A DNA stretch of 64,000 nt. It comes from Cercozoa sp. M6MM (lineage: Eukaryota > Protista > Endomyxa: Ascetosporea). The stretch's first letter is position 1; each line of letters starts with the position of its first letter. Shown here piece by piece: positions 55,392 to 64,000 of the stretch. The stretch lies in NCBI GenBank assembly GCA_040357565.1, contig JBDODJ010000024.1. One strand, written 5' to 3'. A program made the translations under genes and the position numbers. The notes beneath the pieces were generated by a model. That model had not been told where the DNA came from. It saw only the letters and a list, made by a program, of their open reading frames with translations, and searched no databases.

Positions 55392-56211
55392 TTTTATTTA
55401 TTTTATCAATATAGACATACGTATTTTCTTCTATGGCTGCAGGATTTTATCGCGCAGTTGCTCTTAAGTGAGAGCACTCAGCAAGAGGTTGAGCGTCGCT
55501 TCGTGCGCAACGTGTGCGGCCAGGACCTGCGCGAGTTTCCCGAGGACTTGTGGGAGGTGCACCTTTGTCTGTCTTGTGCACTCGCAGGGATTTGTCGATG
55601 GGGCATTGTCACAAACAGGTAGCACGACTGTATCAGGTCGCTGCTTTTCGCAAGCTTCCGGTCGCTGCCGAAGTGCAAGCGGATCCGTCGATCTTGTCCA
55701 GCGAGGGTGTCGTGCTCACACCGGAGCCAGGTATCAGCGTTCTGAGTGAGAACTACGCGCGCGTGTGTGTGTGTGTATGAGAGAGAACTACGCGTGTATG
55801 TGTATGTGTGTGTGTGTTATGTGCGTCTGTGTGTGTATGTGTGCGTGTGTGCGTGTGTGTGTGTGCGTGTGTGTGCTGACCACGTCTGTGTCTGCAGGCC
55901 TTCCGGAAGACTACTCACCGGAACCAAGACGAGTGCAACCAGCGTCACTTGTGTACTTCCGCGCGGACACCAACGAGGCGCCTTTATTTGAGCGTATGCA
56001 AGAGGAGCTGCAGGAAGACAAGCGACGGTTTGAGGAACAGCAGCAGCTGCAGCTACAACAGCAACAACAGCTGCAACAACAGCAACAACAGCAACAACAG
56101 CTGCAACAACAACAACAGCACCAACATATGCAGCAAGTGCCGGTAGCGTACGAGAACTTGTCATTGCAGTCGCCGACAATGCGACCTGCGTCGGCGGATC
56201 TTGATTTTTAG
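53804..56211 (+). CDS. RNMT: mRNA cap guanine-N7 methyltransferase with C-terminal polyQ
   Basis: VAAHYD...LRRLNNLAK, VLDLCGGKGGDLHKF, FDLVSCQFSMHYSWESE, LKPGGIF, EFLV, LYQVAAFRK. Confidence 0.93.
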
Positions 56212-56299
56212 CTGAGCTGATGGCTGTTACCGTACGTCACGGTTATTAGGAAGTTGTACTCACTACTGTATAGTATCTCCTTTTCGGACGTTTAAATAA

Positions 56300-57530
56300 C
56301 GCCAACGCCCAAGTCTTGCACTTCCCAATGCAACGCACTGATGCCATACGGCCGGGACGGGAGGTACCGACAAACATGATGCTCGCAGCGAGCTGCTTAT
56401 CGCAGCAGCAGCTGCCGAAAAACCAGGTTCAAGGCAAGTTCGTGGTGTCGAGCCGGAAGTGACACTAAAGTAGCTGCTTGCGAGTCCACTGTAGTCCCAA
56501 TGCAACGCACACATACCCCCTCCTGCAGGGCCAACTCAATGCTCGTTGCTGCAGGGCCAACCCGACACGGCGATTCCGTGCAGCGATGTTGATCCGACTT
56601 GTTCTTTGGCGTCTACTCCGCCGAACTCGCTCTCCTCTAAAGCATGCATCTCGTTCTTCTTGTCTGCGAGCTCTCCAAGCTCGGCTTCCTCTACGAGGTC
56701 TGTCTTCGTGGAAAATCGGCCTGTCTTCGGCAGACTTGCAAAAAATTACCCCCGTCTCGGCCGGTGTTCTAAGCGATGGGCATTAGAAGGGTACACTGTG
56801 TCATCGGGGAGCTAAATCTCTGCGCTTTCGGATTCATTTTATGATGTTTATTCTGGACCTAGTTGGAAACCAACAGCCAATACACAAACTTTGATGTCTG
56901 ATGTGATCATTGGCTGGGTCAAATGGACTCAAATCAGGGAGTCCGGCCAGTTGGGATACCAATTTGGACACAGACGTGCTCTGACCGCATTCTCCTTCCG
57001 TCTGTAGGCGTATCACACGTGTTTGTGCAGCGAGCGCGTGCCTCTGCGCGGCTTAGAAGCCTGTGCGTGTATTTTACCGGGTTTTTTCTGCCAAAGTGCG
57101 GAGTCAAAAACTATTTTGCTTTTTGGGTTCTTTCTGCACCGTGCGAGCTGCTGCTGCGTGTATGTGTGTGTGTGCATGCATTGAAGTTCCACGATACGCT
57201 CTGGGATTGCATAGAATAACGGACAGAGCGACCATTTTCAACGAACTCGCAAACTGCAAATGATGATGTACGTTTCCTGATCACAGCTCTTTTTCTGCGT
57301 GGACGGTTTTTGCACCCGCAACATCTGGTGTAAACTTTCATGCCAAGCAACGCGTGCGCAACACGCAAAAATGAACAAAAAGAGCCCAAATGCCTCATTC
57401 GCAACACCGAAATTGCTAAAAATCCGTTGCTGGGTCGGCGTTTCTATTGCCCTAACTTGGATTTGTCCTTCCGACTTTGTGCGTTGGTGTGGCCTTTTCT
57501 TTCTCGAGATCAATTTGACGTCACGCAACA
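56300..57530 (-). CDS. Possible hypothetical gene; exon structure unresolved
   Basis: Exon-like acidic frame (FSTKTDLVEEAELGELADKKNEMHALEESEFGG) and plausible splice sites, but no complete model. Confidence 0.25.
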
Positions 57531-57603
57531 TTGTTTCTAGCATTTGCAAACCGAAACGCGGTTAAACTGTTGTTTTTTGCTATTGCGCATGATTGCGGGA
57601 TTG

Positions 57604-61005
<3,402 letters not shown>

Positions 61006-61258
61006 TCAGGGACACGAACCGTCATAGTACAATCTAGTCGAGTCTCATGAGCCACAGTAAAGCGACCTGTTCGCCATATGCAAGTCTGTTTCTATCTAAA
61101 GCACAAAGTTTCTAGTTTAACCACCCGCACCAAACCAGATGGCTTGGATCGTAGATGTAAATTAAGCAAACTAAGCAGCGCACAAGTGTGCTAACACTAA
61201 TAAGACATGTTTAACTGCACTTAGAACGATTGTAGAGCGGATCGGAATGCGGCCGGCG

Positions 61259-63050
61259 CTAGAAGAATGCTGACAACGCATCTAACTGTGCACCAAAGTC
61301 GTCACTTTGTGCTTGTGCGGGTCGAGATGGTGCCTCCTCTTTGGCAGGCGCGGGTCTAGCTGATGGCTCCGTCGGGGTTTCCATGGCCGATGTTGTGACC
61401 GCTGGTGCAGCAGTCTCCAGACTGCACTGTCGCAGCAGATCCTCCGGCAGCAGCAGCACGGCGAAGAAGGGTGCGTCACTTGGCTAAACTTACACGCAAG
61501 AAGATGTAAGCATCTCAATCCCAATCTGAGCACACCCAACCCAAACTTGTGAATGAAGCCAAAGTGAAGCAGGTACGTGAAGCTCGTGTCCCGGCGGCAC
61601 GCAGTTGTACAGCGACTGCCAGCGTGAGGCGTCGCGGCACAGTTCGTCAGAGTGCAGCAAGCCGGCCGGACAAAGCATAAGCGAGACGTGCCGCTTCAGA
61701 CCCTGGATCAGCAGGGTGCGGCCGCCCTTGTAACCGGTGAGGTAGCTCGCCACGGCAGACCACTCGGGCGCATCGCACTGCACCGACAGCAGCACGCTGC
61801 GCAGGCGCTCTAGGTGCATGAAGCGCCACATCTCCGCTGTTGACTGTACGCACATACAACATACACAGAGAAACACACCCACACCCACACAGACACAGAC
61901 ACAGACACAGACACAGACACAGACACAGACACAGACAGGCAGTCAAAGCTGCAGAGTAGGATACCGTGCGGCCCTTGACAGGCAGTGTGTCGGACAGCAA
62001 TCCCAGGTGCGAGAAGAGCGCACGCGACACTGGTCGTCCGATCGACGAGGCGACAAAGTTCATGCGCAACGCGAATCGACCAGCTTCAACGCCCTATATA
62101 AGCAGGCATATACATGGACGTACATATTAGTACACATGACGTCCTACAGGAGTGCGCGGCACATCGGCGACAGCGCCGGACCATAAGTCGCCCGACGCGT
62201 CGTTGTCGTTGTCTTCGTCATCGTCGCGCAGCGTCAAGGAGAGTCCGCGCAGTGCCTTGCCCTCATCCACGAGCGAGACACGTCTGCGTTTCGCCGGCGT
62301 TTCTCTGGCCTACACCAGCGTTTCTCTCTCTCTCTTGCCGACCAAACCACAGGGACATTTGTCGTACCTCAATTTCGTGTACTTTATTGAAGTCGTTGAA
62401 CTGGACTGTTCTGCCGCCTGCAGAAGCCAGGGGTAGGGGGATGGGTGGAACGAAGGGGTATGGAAGGAAGGAGGGATACCGCTAACAGAGGAGCCTCGTC
62501 GCTTGAGACTGCTGCGCTTGGGCCGATCGTCTTTCATCTTGAAAGTGTATCCGGCCGATACCGAGGAGCCAGACGAGTCCGACTCGGCGGTACCTAGACA
62601 TATACAAGGTCGATGACCTTTCTCCCTTGACGTATTGTACGTACCCGTGGCATCGAAGGCAAAAGCGCTGACTGACTTTGGCGCCGTCGGTTTCTTCTCC
62701 ACCAGTGGTTCCTGGGGTCAGGTAAGGTAAGAGCGTAAGAGTAAGGAGTAAGGGGTACGGATAGGTAAGGGGTACATCGTCATCGCTGTCGGAGTCGGCA
62801 CGATTTAGACTGGCGAGTCGCGCCGCCGCTGTGACATCAAGCGACGGTTCCTCGAGCGACTCCACCGACTTCTGCTGCGGCAGCTGCGGGCCCTGCTTTC
62901 CCACATCAACGTATACACATTTGCAAGTGTACATGTACACATAAACAAATATACATTACATAGGTCTACATATACACATGTATACAAGTATACATTTATA
63001 TATATATATATATGTATCTCAATATAAATAATACCGTACAAGTATACAAG

Positions 63051-63091
<41 letters not shown>

Positions 63092-63199
63092 ATAAGTAAT
63101 ACCGTGGCACTCTCCATCATCTTGGTCTCGGCCAGCGAGTGGGTCAGCGTGGCCGCGCGAATCTTTTCCGACTCGGCCGCCTGCACAGTGCGCGCGCAC

Positions 63200-63258
<59 letters not shown>

Positions 63259-63927
63259 ATCACACAAGACTCACCTTGCGCTTCTGACGGATCTCGCTGC
63301 TGGCCAGTTCGGCACTGTTTAGTGAACACATACACATACGCGCGCACGTACATACAACAGACATATAAACACACGCACATGTTTACACAGTGCATAGTGT
63401 ATAAATGCACCTGGACATGGTCGCCAGTTTTTTTGGCGTGAGTTCTTTCTGTTTAGATACCGGCACACGTACATGCAGTGCAAGGACCCATCACAGAGAT
63501 GGGTGTGAGAGAGAGCGAGCTAGAGAGATACGACGCACCCGCAGCACCCGTGCTCGCACCTCCTCGTTCTGCGAGATGTCGAACTTGAGCTGTCTGATCT
63601 GCAGACACACAGACACATACGCACGTAAATATACGTGAGGTGCGCAACGAGTGTACCTTGTTGGTGTAGTGTCGGTCGGTGGCCTTGAGTGTCGCAAACA
63701 CGGCGATTTCAATCTGCGCGGCGATGCGGCGACACTTGCCGCTGGCTGCGGTGCGCAGAAACAAAGGGTTAGGGTAGGACAGGGCAGGGTGGAGTAGGGG
63801 TAAGTACGGTCAGGTTCGTCGCCTGTGAGCGCCTGTTCGAGTACCTGTTTCGCTTTCGTTCGCTGCTGCTGTTTGCGCTTTGACTTGGCTGTGCACGCAA
63901 CATAGGTGATTGCGGGGGAGGGGGTTA

Positions 63928-63994
<67 letters not shown>

Positions 63995-64000
63995 GGGGCA
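61259..64000 (-). CDS. TFIIS-central-domain plus SPOC-like protein (PHF3/DIDO/Bye1-like); 5' end outside the window
   Basis: IAAQIEIAVF...HYTNK|IRQLKFDISQNEEVRARVL...ELASSEIRQKRK (TFIIS_M). Downstream LLSDTLPVKGR...WSAVASYL..YKGGR resembles SPOC. Confidence 0.72.

Overview
Gene-dense, intron-rich eukaryotic DNA, probably from a protist; the taxon cannot be fixed from sequence alone. The standard genetic code fits, with TAA, TAG and TGA all used as stops. Introns are GT-AG, mostly about 50-80 nt, and often expanded by (GT)n/(CA)n/(TA)n microsatellites that contain the assembly gaps. Splicing by hand gives about 20 genes on almost strictly alternating strands. Recognisable genes: IST1, IPI1/TEX10, a PiT/SLC20 phosphate transporter, BolA, a divergent CMGC-like kinase, condensin CAP-G, the 3' part of GDT1/TMEM165, ARP5, class III ADH, a divergent SDR, a Myb-like protein, VPS2/CHMP2, RNMT, alanine aminotransferase and a partial TFIIS-M/SPOC protein. 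Unusual proteins: a disordered protein with TOS-like and RxRxxS/T motifs, a tail-anchored LOTUS-like protein, a tail-anchored protein with a degenerate SPX domain, and an acidic tail-anchored protein. Mobile DNA: two near-identical, TSD-flanked copies of a non-LTR retroelement 3' end with a strongly base-paired RNA and a (CTAA)n tail, plus a solo-LTR-like family. CAP-G is interrupted by a 2.9-kb gap-bounded contig carrying two unrelated gene 3' ends, most likely a scaffolding error. I found no coherent multi-gene novel system; the best candidates for novelty are the structured retroelement and the unusual protein architectures. All gene models are manual, and some terminal coordinates are approximate.
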